A stretch of DNA of 64,000 nt from Candidatus Poseidonia alphae (GTDB taxonomy: Archaea; Thermoplasmatota; Poseidoniia; Poseidoniales; Poseidoniaceae). Position 1 is the stretch's first letter, and each line of letters begins with the position of its first letter. Location of the stretch: contig DAVD01000037.1 in the NCBI GenBank assembly GCA_002505405.1, forward strand, positions 82,880-146,879. Direction: 5' to 3'. The position numbers and the translations under genes were made by a program. Shown here in pieces: positions 15,298-25,180 of the stretch. Below the pieces are notes generated by a model, which saw only the letters and a program-made list of their open reading frames with translations, had not been told where the DNA came from and ran no database searches.

Positions 15298-16165
15298 TTC
15301 GGAGTGCTTCTCCACAGTGCTTGCAATGCTTTGCATTCCGATCATGTCCCTCTCTGGAACATGAGCTGCAAGCACGGGTGTCAACCTCTCCCAGTTTCAT
15401 CAGCTCCGATGACACGATTCCTGTTGGGACAATGATAAGGCTGTATCCAAGCACCATAATCACAACAGCCAGCAACTTGCCCAATGGCGTTAAGGGGACC
15501 GCATCTCCATACCCCGTCCCAGTGATGGTAGTCAGCGACCAATACACGCTTTGTGGTATTGATGTGAAGCCGTTTGCTGGGCCTTCCAAAAGGTACATCA
15601 TCGCTCCAGAAATGAACCCAAGAATTGTCACAGTGAACAGGAATATGATGATTCGGGTTTTTGATTGTAAAAGGGCCTCGAACAGCACCTCACCTTCTCC
15701 GATATAGCGGCTCAATTTCAGAACTCGGAACATCCTGAGCAAGCGCAATGCTCGAACAATGAGGAGGCTTTGTGCTCCAGGTACAATCAAACTGAGGTAG
15801 GTGGGTATTATCGCAATCAAGTCAACGATTCCGAAAAATGAAGTGGCATATTGCTGGGATTTCTTAGTCGAGTAGAGGCGAAGGAGGTATTCCAAGGTAA
15901 AGAGGATGGTAATGGCCCATTCAATCAGTCGCAATTCAGTGTGATATGCCTTGTCAATCGAGTCAACGCTTTCCAAGGAAACGGTGAGGATTGATGTTAA
16001 AATCGCTAACAACAACGCGATGTCAAAAAATTTCCCTGAGGGCGTGTCAGCCTCAAAAATGATTTGTTGGATTCGTTCTTTTCTAGAGACCTTTACGACA
16101 GATTCAGCCTCGGACATAATGCGGGACTTTCCAAGTGGTTTAAGGAAGATTTCGCTCAAGTGCAA
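15290..16165 (-). CDS. Voltage-gated-type K+ channel with C-terminal zinc-ribbon
   Basis: S4-like RALRLLRMFRVLKLSR, selectivity filter TITGTGYGD, C-terminal CSSCSREGHDRNAKHCKHCG. Alternative start MSEAESV at 16117. Confidence 0.85.
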   Translation of the reverse strand: MHLSEIFLKPLGKSRIMSEAESVVKVSRKERIQQIIFEADTPSGKFFDIALLLAILTSILTVSLESVDSIDKAYHTELRLIEWAITILFTLEYLLRLYSTKKSQQYATSFFGIVDLIAIIPTYLSLIVPGAQSLLIVRALRLLRMFRVLKLSRYIGEGEVLFEALLQSKTRIIIFLFTVTILGFISGAMMYLLEGPANGFTSIPQSVYWSLTTITGTGYGDAVPLTPLGKLLAVVIMVLGYSLIIVPTGIVSSELMKLGEVDTRACSSCSREGHDRNAKHCKHCGEALRIN

Positions 16166-16286
16166 CCCATTGGCGAGTTTTCGGGCAACTTACCAAAATA
16201 CGGGCCGCTTTTCGAATTTGGAGGGTGATATTGAAAGGCGCGGCTCCCTTCCTCAAATTGAGGAGGGGGTAACGATAGTAAAAATC

Positions 16287-17342
16287 ATGGTTGCCGATGA
16301 AAATCAAGGCCGTCGGGACCTCCTCGCCAACACCTTTCAGAGAGAAGGTTTTGATGTAACGAGAACTCCGACATTGAGGCAAACAGAAGCGACAGCGCTC
16401 GTCACTTTCCCCGATGTTCTTTTGCTTGAGAGTGAATGGAGTCAAGGGAGCGTCCTCGATGTTTGTCAAAAGATGAACAACAGCCCACAATTCCGTAACA
16501 ACACCCGTATTGTCGTTCTATCAAGAACCATCACGCCTGATTTTCTTTCCTCCGCGGCAATGGCTGGAGTTGCGGAAGTCATTGGCAAACCCATTGACAT
16601 GAACCAACTCATCAATCAAATGCAACGTCACGCATCAAAGCAATTCGTTGCACCACCGGCCGAAATAGCCCCTACTCAAGGAGGTGGACTTGGCGGTCAA
16701 CGGTTTGACGTATCCATGACCATGAATGACAGTCAATGGGCGCTTCCTATGCTGCGTAGACTGGTCGAGGCAGGGAACATTGATGATGAGTTTGTTCGCG
16801 ACCTCCAAACTGAAATGGGAAAGGTAGAGGACGAGGAAGACGAGCCACTTCTTTCTTCAGAAGAATTGACGACGATGGTACGTCTTGCGCTTAACCGTCT
16901 TGTTGGCTCTGAAGATTTAGACGACCAAGCATCTCAAGAAGTAGGTAAAGGCCCGTCGTTTCGTTCAATTAGCAAGGGGGCAAGTCTCTCTGACGGGGCA
17001 AAGCCGAACCTCGCCCCTCAAGGAGGTCTTGGCGGTTCAATGGAAGATATTCTCGAAAAGCAAGCAGAAGAACTTGCAGCAGAGGTCGAGGGGAAAATGG
17101 ATGGAATTCTTGATGAGGAGCCAGAATATATTTCTCTGTTGATGCCCGATTCCCAATCTTACATCGATCCTGAGGCTCTTGTCATGACTCAACTCACGAC
17201 CGAGGTGGTTCATGACTTACTCAAACTCCTCAAACGCCCTGGTGCTGTTTCAGACATCACCCTCCTCACGCAAATTGAGGATGCCCTCGTTTTGACCGGT
17301 GATGTATTGGAGGCCCTTCCTGCGAAGGAGGAAGAAGAATGA
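16287..17342 (+). CDS. Receiver-domain (CheY-like) protein with long acidic C-terminal region
   Basis: Start refined to ATG 16287, preceded by GGAGGGGG (16262-16269); the track ORF from 15951 overlaps the channel gene. MVADENQGRRDLL...PDVLLLESEW...VVLS...GKP follows a receiver layout. Confidence 0.65.
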   Translation: MVADENQGRRDLLANTFQREGFDVTRTPTLRQTEATALVTFPDVLLLESEWSQGSVLDVCQKMNNSPQFRNNTRIVVLSRTITPDFLSSAAMAGVAEVIGKPIDMNQLINQMQRHASKQFVAPPAEIAPTQGGGLGGQRFDVSMTMNDSQWALPMLRRLVEAGNIDDEFVRDLQTEMGKVEDEEDEPLLSSEELTTMVRLALNRLVGSEDLDDQASQEVGKGPSFRSISKGASLSDGAKPNLAPQGGLGGSMEDILEKQAEELAAEVEGKMDGILDEEPEYISLLMPDSQSYIDPEALVMTQLTTEVVHDLLKLLKRPGAVSDITLLTQIEDALVLTGDVLEALPAKEEEE

Positions 17343-18598
17343 AAGTTTCTATAGAGCAAAGGCAAGCGGTCGCTTTCCGTGCTTTAATTGCTGCATTCTT
17401 TGTCAATTTTCTCGGATATGCCTTCATCGTACCCATTCTTCCTTCATGGCAAACACAGTTTGACATCAATGCTACACAAGCAACACTTCTCGTTTCGCTA
17501 TGGGCGGTACCTATGTTTTTGATGGGGCCTATGTCCGGGAGAATAACGGACCGATTTGGAGCAGGGACTACGATTCTGACCAGTCTTATTTTGCTGACCA
17601 TCTCGAGCGGAGTCTACCTGCTGGCTACCAACGAATGGTTGCCTCACCCGTTCCTCGCCCTCTGTTTTGCTCGGTTGCTTCACGGGGCATCAGGAGCGAC
17701 CATCATGACCGCAGGTTTAGCCGCAGCGTCTCAACTTTGGCCAACACGATTTGGAGAACAGGCAGGGAAATTGCTTGGTATTGCCGCAATAGGTGGACTG
17801 CTAGGTCCCGTATTTGGAGGAATACTTTTTGCTTGGGGCGAAGCATCAGCATTTGGCTTCCTTGGCCTGGTGACGTTTTCGGTAATTCCGTTCATCATCT
17901 CTGCTGGTCCATCCCTCGGGAAAGCACAGGAACCGTCTCTCGGAGGTGCTTCTGTAAAGGTATTTTTCACCGATCCAGTCTTGCTTCGGGTTGGAATATT
18001 ACTGGCCATCACGACCGTTGCAACGGGGGCTCTCGAGGCTGGTGTTCCTTTGTTTTTGGATGATACGCTGGGGTTGAGTTCAGCCGAAATTGGAGGTGTC
18101 CTTTTGGTCATGGTCTTGATGCAAGGTCTTGGCTCGCTTATTTGGGGCAAACTCGTTGACCGCAACGGACCTACACGGTACATGATTCTCGGATGGACCG
18201 TCGTTGTTGCTTCACTCCTTGGAGTTGGTTTTGTGGGATGGAAGTTTTCTGGAAACAATGCTGTTTTCGGAATGATTGTACTCCTCGGAGCGTTCCAATT
18301 TTCAATTGCTGCTGCCCAAATCCCCATGCTCCCCATCATTGATACTGCAACAAACCGAGCACTGGGGGACGGAAACCCAGGTTTGGCTTTCGGAGCGTTT
18401 GGGACCGCTTGGGCTGCGGGGACCATTCTCGGACCTCTCATGGTCGGTCCAGTGTTTGACATCTTCCAATCTTGGGCATTGGCCCTTGGTGTGCTTGCCC
18501 TGCCGGCCAGTGTTGCATTATTCATTACGCTCAAGAACAGAGAAATGCTTCACGAATGTTACGATTCAGAGATGCAGCGACGTTTAGGGGCCGATTGA
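17339..18598 (+). CDS. MFS transporter
   Basis: About 12 hydrophobic helices and an MFS loop motif GRITDRFG. ATGA overlap with the upstream receiver gene. Confidence 0.8.
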   Translation: MKVSIEQRQAVAFRALIAAFFVNFLGYAFIVPILPSWQTQFDINATQATLLVSLWAVPMFLMGPMSGRITDRFGAGTTILTSLILLTISSGVYLLATNEWLPHPFLALCFARLLHGASGATIMTAGLAAASQLWPTRFGEQAGKLLGIAAIGGLLGPVFGGILFAWGEASAFGFLGLVTFSVIPFIISAGPSLGKAQEPSLGGASVKVFFTDPVLLRVGILLAITTVATGALEAGVPLFLDDTLGLSSAEIGGVLLVMVLMQGLGSLIWGKLVDRNGPTRYMILGWTVVVASLLGVGFVGWKFSGNNAVFGMIVLLGAFQFSIAAAQIPMLPIIDTATNRALGDGNPGLAFGAFGTAWAAGTILGPLMVGPVFDIFQSWALALGVLALPASVALFITLKNREMLHECYDSEMQRRLGAD

Positions 18599-18673
18599 TT
18601 TCCCTATTTGTTCATAGGTTGCACAAACATAGTATTGAAACGAACCGCTTCATGGCAGGGTTGAGGTGGCGTT

Positions 18674-21277
18674 ATGACTCAGGGTGAACTACCACAAATT
18701 TTCGGTTCGGTTTGGACTCCAAAAGAACCACTTAATTTCGTTCAGCCACTCGTTCAGGAGGCCGCCCGTTCAGAAGTTCTCTCCTTTGTCGCTCAACGGC
18801 ATGACGCTCATCTTTTCCTCGTTGCTAACGTTTGGGACCATGTGGTTAGCAACGAACCAAATCAGTTCGAAGGGCCGTCATGGCATACCTTCTCGAAACG
18901 GTTCTTGAACGGTCTTGAACGAGGCATGAAGAAGCAAGCTACAACCTCTCTGAAGGAGGAACTTGAGCGAGAAGTCATCCCTCGACGTAGCATGGAACTC
19001 ATGCTTGAGCGTCGTCGAACACATTTCCTCATTGACATGCGTTTGATGCTTCGCCGTCTCGCACACTACATGGCCATCACGGTTGATCATCGTATGGAAT
19101 GGCAGCGCTACATGACCCGCACACGCTACCTCGATACCTCACTCAAGGACCTGTTTACCGAAGGTGTTGAAACACCAGATGGAGGGACCTTTGGAGGCAA
19201 AGGGTTCCGGTCAACATGGCAGGAAGGCGTCGTCGCCGTTGCTACTGCTCTCAAGCGACAGCCCGATGCTCCTCGCGACGCTCGGCCTGGGCAAGGATAC
19301 GACGGTGACTTGGTTGCTCCAATGATTCGAGATATTGGTCTCGGCCTAGCAATGGGAGATACTGCCCTTGACGTCATGGCTGCGAACCTTGGTAAAGCGG
19401 GCTCAAACCAAAACGGTGGATGGGAGAATGCAGGAGGACGTGACCTTCACGTCGGTGCATGGCATGTGGGCGTTCTACCACCTACCGCACCGCTTCCAAT
19501 CGCCAGCGTCACGATGACTGGACTGGCTTTTGCAGCATGGCGTAAGGGGCTAGAAAGGTTCCATGTCGCCTGTATCGGGGAAGGTTCCTCTTCCAGTGGG
19601 GAGTTCTGGGAGGCGATGAATCTTGCAGGAGCACGCGGTCTACCCATCACTTACATTCTTCAGAACAATCAGATCGCTCTTGATACCCCGCCTGCAAAAC
19701 AATCTGGTGTTGAATTGTGGGCGGATAAAGCCGAAGCAATGGGCTTTCCATCTTGGACCATTGACGGCTCAGACCCAGCCGCCTGGCATGCCTCAACAGC
19801 AGTAGCACGCGAATTCTCTCTTGCTGGAGGCGGTCCGACGCTCATCCATGTCGAAACCATGCGGGGGTGCGGTCATGCTCATCACCACGATGATTTGTAT
19901 CTCGGCAATCCCAGCGGAACCCCTCCGGGTTACGTTGACCGTGACCTCCTCGCCTATTGGGAGGCAAAAGACCCGCTACCGAACCATCGCAACTTGCTTT
20001 TGGATTTGGGGGTTGACGAACACGACCTCACTACCATGGAACAGGAGGAACAGGAACGCGTCAATACTGCACGGACCGATCTTGATGCAATGGAATGGCC
20101 TCTGCCGGAAACTGTAACCAAAGGCGTAACATCTCTTCATGATGCAGACACTCACTTGGACCGTCAACACCGCTATCAAGGTACGATACGCCAACCCTCA
20201 ATTGCAGGTCCTTTGGCCCTCGGTGAAACCCAGCTCGTCTATGCGGAAAAAGGAGGCTGGACCTATGCACGAGCCATCCAGCAAGCCATGGCTGATATCG
20301 CAACAACATTCGGTGAAGACTGCGTCTTCATCGGAGAAGACATGGAAGTTGCCGGTGCGTTTGGAATGAATATGGCTCTAAAAAATGCAGGGCATGAAGA
20401 CAAGTTGGTTGACATGCCGCTTTGCGAAGCGGTAATCGTTCATACTGGAATTGGTGCTGCATTATCGGGTATGCGTCCAATGGTTGAAATCCAATTTGGT
20501 GGATTCGCCGCATTGGGCTTCAATGCCCTCATCAATAACGCCTCAATGCTTCGCTGGCGCTGGGGTGCAGATTGTCCCATGACCGTCCGCATTCCACTCG
20601 GAGCCCGAACGCGCTCTGGGCCATTCCATGCAAACATGATTGAATCCTGGTTTGCAAATGACCCGGGTCTCATCGTTCTTGCTCCAGGAACCCCTCAAGA
20701 TGCTTATGACCTTCTCGTTGAAGCCTCTCACCTCCCCGACCCGGTATTGATGCTCGAGCACATTGGCCTTTACGGTCTGCGAGGAGGATTGACCGGTTGG
20801 GGCATGAACATCAATCAACATGTGGACACAGAATCCGTGAAGAAACGTATTGAGGCCGGAGAGAACTTGGCCATTGGTCAAGCCAATATCATCAGAGGGG
20901 GCCGTGATGTGACGCTCGTTACATGGGGCGCTATGGTTCACGTTGCATTGCAGGCGGCTGAAAAGCTTGCAGAGGAAGACATTGAAGTCGAAATCATTGA
21001 TTTGAGGACACTCATTCCATTTGATGCAGCAACATGCATACAATCGGTTCAGCGAACAAACCGACTGGTGATTCTCCAAGAGGGTCAATGGTCGGGTGGA
21101 CTTGGCCACACGGTGCAGTCACGAATCATGGAAGAGTGCTTTTACGAACTTGAATCTGCTCCTTGCGTCATTGGCGCATTGGATACACCCGTGCCGTTTT
21201 CTCCACCACTGGAAAACCATACCGTTCCATCGCTTGAGTACGTGATCACAATGCTTCGTGCATCGGTTCAATCTTGA
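18674..21277 (+). CDS. Fused 2-oxoacid dehydrogenase E1 alpha-beta (ThDP-dependent)
   Basis: Alpha part: GEGSSSSGEFWEAMNLAGARGLPITYILQNNQIA (a ThDP-binding GDG...NN-type motif). Beta part: YARAIQQAMADI...FIGEDMEVAGAFG through the transketolase-C-like end. Confidence 0.8.
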   Translation: MTQGELPQIFGSVWTPKEPLNFVQPLVQEAARSEVLSFVAQRHDAHLFLVANVWDHVVSNEPNQFEGPSWHTFSKRFLNGLERGMKKQATTSLKEELEREVIPRRSMELMLERRRTHFLIDMRLMLRRLAHYMAITVDHRMEWQRYMTRTRYLDTSLKDLFTEGVETPDGGTFGGKGFRSTWQEGVVAVATALKRQPDAPRDARPGQGYDGDLVAPMIRDIGLGLAMGDTALDVMAANLGKAGSNQNGGWENAGGRDLHVGAWHVGVLPPTAPLPIASVTMTGLAFAAWRKGLERFHVACIGEGSSSSGEFWEAMNLAGARGLPITYILQNNQIALDTPPAKQSGVELWADKAEAMGFPSWTIDGSDPAAWHASTAVAREFSLAGGGPTLIHVETMRGCGHAHHHDDLYLGNPSGTPPGYVDRDLLAYWEAKDPLPNHRNLLLDLGVDEHDLTTMEQEEQERVNTARTDLDAMEWPLPETVTKGVTSLHDADTHLDRQHRYQGTIRQPSIAGPLALGETQLVYAEKGGWTYARAIQQAMADIATTFGEDCVFIGEDMEVAGAFGMNMALKNAGHEDKLVDMPLCEAVIVHTGIGAALSGMRPMVEIQFGGFAALGFNALINNASMLRWRWGADCPMTVRIPLGARTRSGPFHANMIESWFANDPGLIVLAPGTPQDAYDLLVEASHLPDPVLMLEHIGLYGLRGGLTGWGMNINQHVDTESVKKRIEAGENLAIGQANIIRGGRDVTLVTWGAMVHVALQAAEKLAEEDIEVEIIDLRTLIPFDAATCIQSVQRTNRLVILQEGQWSGGLGHTVQSRIMEECFYELESAPCVIGALDTPVPFSPPLENHTVPSLEYVITMLRASVQS

Positions 21278-21924
21278 CGTTGCTTCTTTGGAAAGGTAAT
21301 CCGCTTGATGTCGCATGCAAACCAGGCGCCAAGCACCGTAGATGTTCCGTAAAAGAGCAGGCTTGCCCACAATCCTGAAACGGCATTTGGACCAAAGGTT
21401 CGTGCTGGATTCATACTCGCTCCAGTCGCTGGTCCGGTGAGGAATGCAAGAATTCCAACGGTGGCCCCAACCCACACGGCAAGGAGGACGATGGAAGGTT
21501 CAGTCCGTACAACGGCAAAGATACTCAACATCAAAAGCAAGGAGATGGACACTTCAATCGCGAACGCCTCAATGAGGGTAAGGTGAGAGGCTACCACCGT
21601 TGGTCCTGCGCCACCAAGTGCAATTGCAGCAACAAGTGCTCCTGTCATCTGTCCAGCAATGTACAGCAGCAGTTGGCTGTTTTCAAGTTCTCCTTCCCTC
21701 CAAAAAGCGATGGAAACTGCGGGATTGATGTGGGCTCCGCTCAGGTTGCCAAACAAAAGAATAGCGAGCATGACCGCGAATGCAAAAGTCAATGAAATCC
21801 AAGCATGGCTTGCGCCGTAGAATATGCTTCCACAACCAAGCCCAACCATCAGTGCTGTGCCAAGAAATTCAAAGAACGCTTGGCGGCTCATGGTGTGGGC
21901 GAGTTGTCCTCGTCTTGAAACCAT
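21268..21924 (-). CDS. MIP-family channel (aquaporin-like)
   Basis: Two NPA boxes (SGAHINPAVS, GASMNPARTF). The likely true start is MSRQAFFEFLGTALMV at 21891. Confidence 0.85.
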   Translation of the reverse strand: MVSRRGQLAHTMSRQAFFEFLGTALMVGLGCGSIFYGASHAWISLTFAFAVMLAILLFGNLSGAHINPAVSIAFWREGELENSQLLLYIAGQMTGALVAAIALGGAGPTVVASHLTLIEAFAIEVSISLLLMLSIFAVVRTEPSIVLLAVWVGATVGILAFLTGPATGASMNPARTFGPNAVSGLWASLLFYGTSTVLGAWFACDIKRITFPKKQRQD

Positions 21925-21988
21925 TTTGCACCATTACTACGAGGACAACCATGCGAACGGTCAAGAAGGGTATTCCCTTGGAAGAACC

Positions 21989-23122
21989 ATGGGGGATGAA
22001 AAGAATGTCATGGGCATTCCGCAGTTGGTCCTCAGCAATACTCTTCTCATCAATGGAGCCTTGTTTTTAGGCCTCGTTGGGATTCATACAGGCATCGATG
22101 AGGTCCATTTGGACAGCACACCGGTATCCATTACACTTCTCATATTGGCCATGGCATTGCTGATTAAATCTGCAGACTTTTTCATTGAAGGGGCAAAGGG
22201 CCTGGCTTACCGGGCAGGACTTCCAGAGGTTGTTATTGGCCTTACCATTGTCTCTATAGGCACCTCACTTCCAGAAATTTTAGTTACGACTACCTCGGCT
22301 GCAGACATGCGCTTCCGAGGAGCAGATGCTCAATTTGCAGACTTTGCCCTTGGGGGGATTTTCGGCTCAATTCTCGTCCAAATCACGTTTATTCTTGGCG
22401 TAGTTGTGACGTTTCGTGGTGTAAAAATCCGTCCCTCTTGGCTCAAAAGAGACGGTTTGATCATGCTCGGTTCGATTCTCCTCCTCACCTTCTTTTTGAA
22501 CACTGGAGGGGTGCTGAGCAGTCTTGAAGGATTGATTCTTGTGAGCCTTTACGGAATTTACATCTATTGGTTGTTGTCGAATCGTGAGGAGATCATGCGA
22601 GAAGAGATGACCGAAGAGAGTCCCGTTGAACGGGTGTCAAACTGGACCACTGCGTCATATATCGTCATGGTCACACTCGGCCTTGTTTTAGCCCTATTTG
22701 CAGCTCACCACCTCGTAGAAATCGCCAGTGACATGGCTTATGAACTCAACGTGCCGCATGCAGTTGTCGGAACGACTGTTTCAGGATTAGGAACCTCTTT
22801 GCCCGAACTGACCATCGCCTTTATGGCCGCAAAACGGAGTGAAGGCGTTGCCATCGGAGCCCTCATTGGATCCAACATTACCGACCCGCTCCTTTCTGTT
22901 GGCCTTGCCGCCATGGTCTTCCCATTGTCATTGACCGCCGAAGGTTATCCATTGACCATGCACCTCATTATCCCAGCAACCGTTCTTGGAACCATGGTTG
23001 CCTTAGGAATGATGCGTTCGCAATACGAATTCAAGCGCTGGGAAGGCATTGCCCTGATTTTCTTTTATCTTATCTTTTTGGGTTTACTTGTCGCACACCG
23101 GCAGGGCATTCTTGTTCTTTGA
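21989..23122 (+). CDS. Ca2+/cation antiporter (CaCA family, YrbG-like)
   Basis: Start refined to MGDEKNVMGIP. Two alpha-repeats, GTSLPEILVT and GTSLPELTIA. Confidence 0.8.
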   Translation: MGDEKNVMGIPQLVLSNTLLINGALFLGLVGIHTGIDEVHLDSTPVSITLLILAMALLIKSADFFIEGAKGLAYRAGLPEVVIGLTIVSIGTSLPEILVTTTSAADMRFRGADAQFADFALGGIFGSILVQITFILGVVVTFRGVKIRPSWLKRDGLIMLGSILLLTFFLNTGGVLSSLEGLILVSLYGIYIYWLLSNREEIMREEMTEESPVERVSNWTTASYIVMVTLGLVLALFAAHHLVEIASDMAYELNVPHAVVGTTVSGLGTSLPELTIAFMAAKRSEGVAIGALIGSNITDPLLSVGLAAMVFPLSLTAEGYPLTMHLIIPATVLGTMVALGMMRSQYEFKRWEGIALIFFYLIFLGLLVAHRQGILVL

Positions 23123-23140
23123 CGGAAGCAACCTCGGAGA

Positions 23141-24331
23141 ATGAATCCTAATCGCCTTAAGGGAGCGGCTCTTGGGAACATCATGGTCGACTTCCAACTC
23201 GATGAGATGCAAACCATGCTCAAAGAACTCGCTCATGAGTTCGCAGTGGATGAAATTCGTCCAAAGGCAGAACATTGGGATGAAGAGTCAGTTTATCCGA
23301 TTGAGACCATTCGTCAAGCCCATGAGATGGGGTTGCTTAACCTTCACATTCCTGAAGCATATGGCGGCGCAGGCCTTGGCTCGCTCGAGGAAGTCCTCGT
23401 TAACGAGGAACTGGCATGGGGTGACCCTGGTTTTGCAACTGCAGCCTACGCGACCGCTCTTGCCTGTGCTCCAATTATCACAGGAGCAACAGAGGAGCAA
23501 AAGAACATCTGGCTTCGTAAAGTCACTGAAGAAGGGGCACTTGCCTCCTACGCTATCACTGAACCAGGAGCAGGTTCTGATGTTGCAGCACTCAAAACTA
23601 CCGCCATCAGTGACGGTGATGAATACGTTTTGAACGGTTCAAAGATGTGGATTACTGGAGCGGGATATGCGGATTTCTTTTTCGTTTTGGCCAAAACAGA
23701 CCCTAACGCTGGCTACCGAGGTATGTCTGGCTTTATTGTGGAAAAAGACACACCAGGGTTCACTCTTGGAAAGAAAGAAACCAACATGGGTCAGCGATGC
23801 TCAGACACCCGCTCTCTTTCGTTTGACAACGTGAGAATCCCTGCAAGTCATCTGATTGGAGGCTCTGAATCGGGTGGATGGATGAACGCTATGAAAGCAT
23901 TTGACATGAGTCGCCCCAACATCGCTGCACATGCAACGGGTTTGGGAAGGGCTGCTTACGAACACGCTCTCAATTATTCAAACGAGCGCAAAACATTCGG
24001 TAAACCTCTTCACCAACATCAAGCCGTCCAATTTATGCTTGCAGATATGAAAACAAGCATTGAGGCATCGAGAATGCTTACATGGAAATCTGCATCCGAA
24101 TTCGACAATGGAATCCGCAACACAGAGTCTGCTGCCCACGCAAAACGCTTTGCGGCAGACATGGCCATGAAAGTAACGACCGATGCGGTTCAGGTGTATG
24201 GCGGCTACGGTTACTCAGAGGAGTATCCCGTTGCCCGCTTGATGCGGGGAGCAAAGGTCATGCAAATCTACGAAGGCTCATCTCAAGTTCAACGGATGAT
24301 TATCGGCCGTGAAATCACCAAGGATTTCTGA
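23141..24331 (+). CDS. Acyl-CoA dehydrogenase
   Basis: YAITEPGAGSD, GSKMWITGAG, QVYGGYGYSEEYPVARLMRGAKVMQIYEGSSQVQ. Alternative start at 23183. Confidence 0.9.
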   Translation: MNPNRLKGAALGNIMVDFQLDEMQTMLKELAHEFAVDEIRPKAEHWDEESVYPIETIRQAHEMGLLNLHIPEAYGGAGLGSLEEVLVNEELAWGDPGFATAAYATALACAPIITGATEEQKNIWLRKVTEEGALASYAITEPGAGSDVAALKTTAISDGDEYVLNGSKMWITGAGYADFFFVLAKTDPNAGYRGMSGFIVEKDTPGFTLGKKETNMGQRCSDTRSLSFDNVRIPASHLIGGSESGGWMNAMKAFDMSRPNIAAHATGLGRAAYEHALNYSNERKTFGKPLHQHQAVQFMLADMKTSIEASRMLTWKSASEFDNGIRNTESAAHAKRFAADMAMKVTTDAVQVYGGYGYSEEYPVARLMRGAKVMQIYEGSSQVQRMIIGREITKDF

Positions 24332-25108
24332 TCAATCCAAACCCCGAAGAAGCGCTTCTTCGATGTCCCAAATCTGATTTTCATCGTGATGCCAGGGGAC
24401 CTCTTCCTTTGTGTATGCCACTTCTTCCTTTCGGTCAAACCATTCTTGGAAGTTCATGTACTCATGTTCATTTGCAGAGGCTTGGTCATCGTCAGCAAAC
24501 GTTTCACTGATTTGGTCTGCTTCACAAGTAAGGTCAATCAGACGCTGTTGAGCTTGCCGACGTGGATTGGGTTCGTACTCAAATTCATCATCATCATAAA
24601 ACAATTCATCGTTGTACATGGCACCTTCCGCAGTAAACTTGTACACGTCGAGGAGAGCTTCTCGTGGAGCAATGACAAATTGTGCGAGCAAACCGATACG
24701 TACTGCTGTTCTGCGGTCGTCTCTCAGTCCGAGTGCAAGGGTTGCAAGTTGGTCTCCAATGGGGAGGTCTTTGCCTCCATGTTCAGGGTAAATGCAAAGG
24801 CGTACAGAATAATCGTTTAGGGCCAAAAGGTCGGTTTTTCGAGGGGCTGCGCGAACGTCAAAACCCCAGACGACTCCATCTTCCATTTCACCGATCAAGT
24901 TTTGATAAATTGTTTTTTCAGGCACCGCCTGAAGTGAATACCAACGCCTTGAACTACCTTTTATCCGGACCGATGGAAGTCCGTTTGGGAGCGCATAAGT
25001 CTCCAAGTGTTGCGATGAATCGCAAATGGACTTGAGGAATTCAAGTCCACGGTCATGAGCAGCCCGCTTTTGGACGGTCCATGATTGGGGTATTTTCCAT
25101 ACCTTCAT
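24332..25108 (-). CDS. Hypothetical protein, acidic C-terminal half
   Basis: 258-aa ORF with no motif I recognise. The C-terminal third is rich in D/E/F/Y (DELFYDDDEFEYEPNP...EHEYMNFQEWF). Confidence 0.55.
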   Translation of the reverse strand: MKVWKIPQSWTVQKRAAHDRGLEFLKSICDSSQHLETYALPNGLPSVRIKGSSRRWYSLQAVPEKTIYQNLIGEMEDGVVWGFDVRAAPRKTDLLALNDYSVRLCIYPEHGGKDLPIGDQLATLALGLRDDRRTAVRIGLLAQFVIAPREALLDVYKFTAEGAMYNDELFYDDDEFEYEPNPRRQAQQRLIDLTCEADQISETFADDDQASANEHEYMNFQEWFDRKEEVAYTKEEVPWHHDENQIWDIEEALLRGLD

Positions 25109-25180
25109 GTCAGGTTTTGCGGTTGACTCTATTTGAAGGAAAAGAGGAAAAGCAATTGGTCGGCAACGGTTGGAGCGAAC

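Noticed and set aside
15951-16286. The 5' extension of track ORF 15951-17342, which would give a 463-aa receiver protein.
   Set aside because: The extension overlaps the K+ channel gene on the other strand. A GGAGGGGG-preceded ATG at 16287 starts exactly at the receiver domain.
17731-18534. 267-aa minus-strand ORF, Pro/Ser/Ala-rich.
   Set aside because: It lies entirely inside the MFS transporter gene, and its composition is typical of the antisense of a hydrophobic-helix gene.
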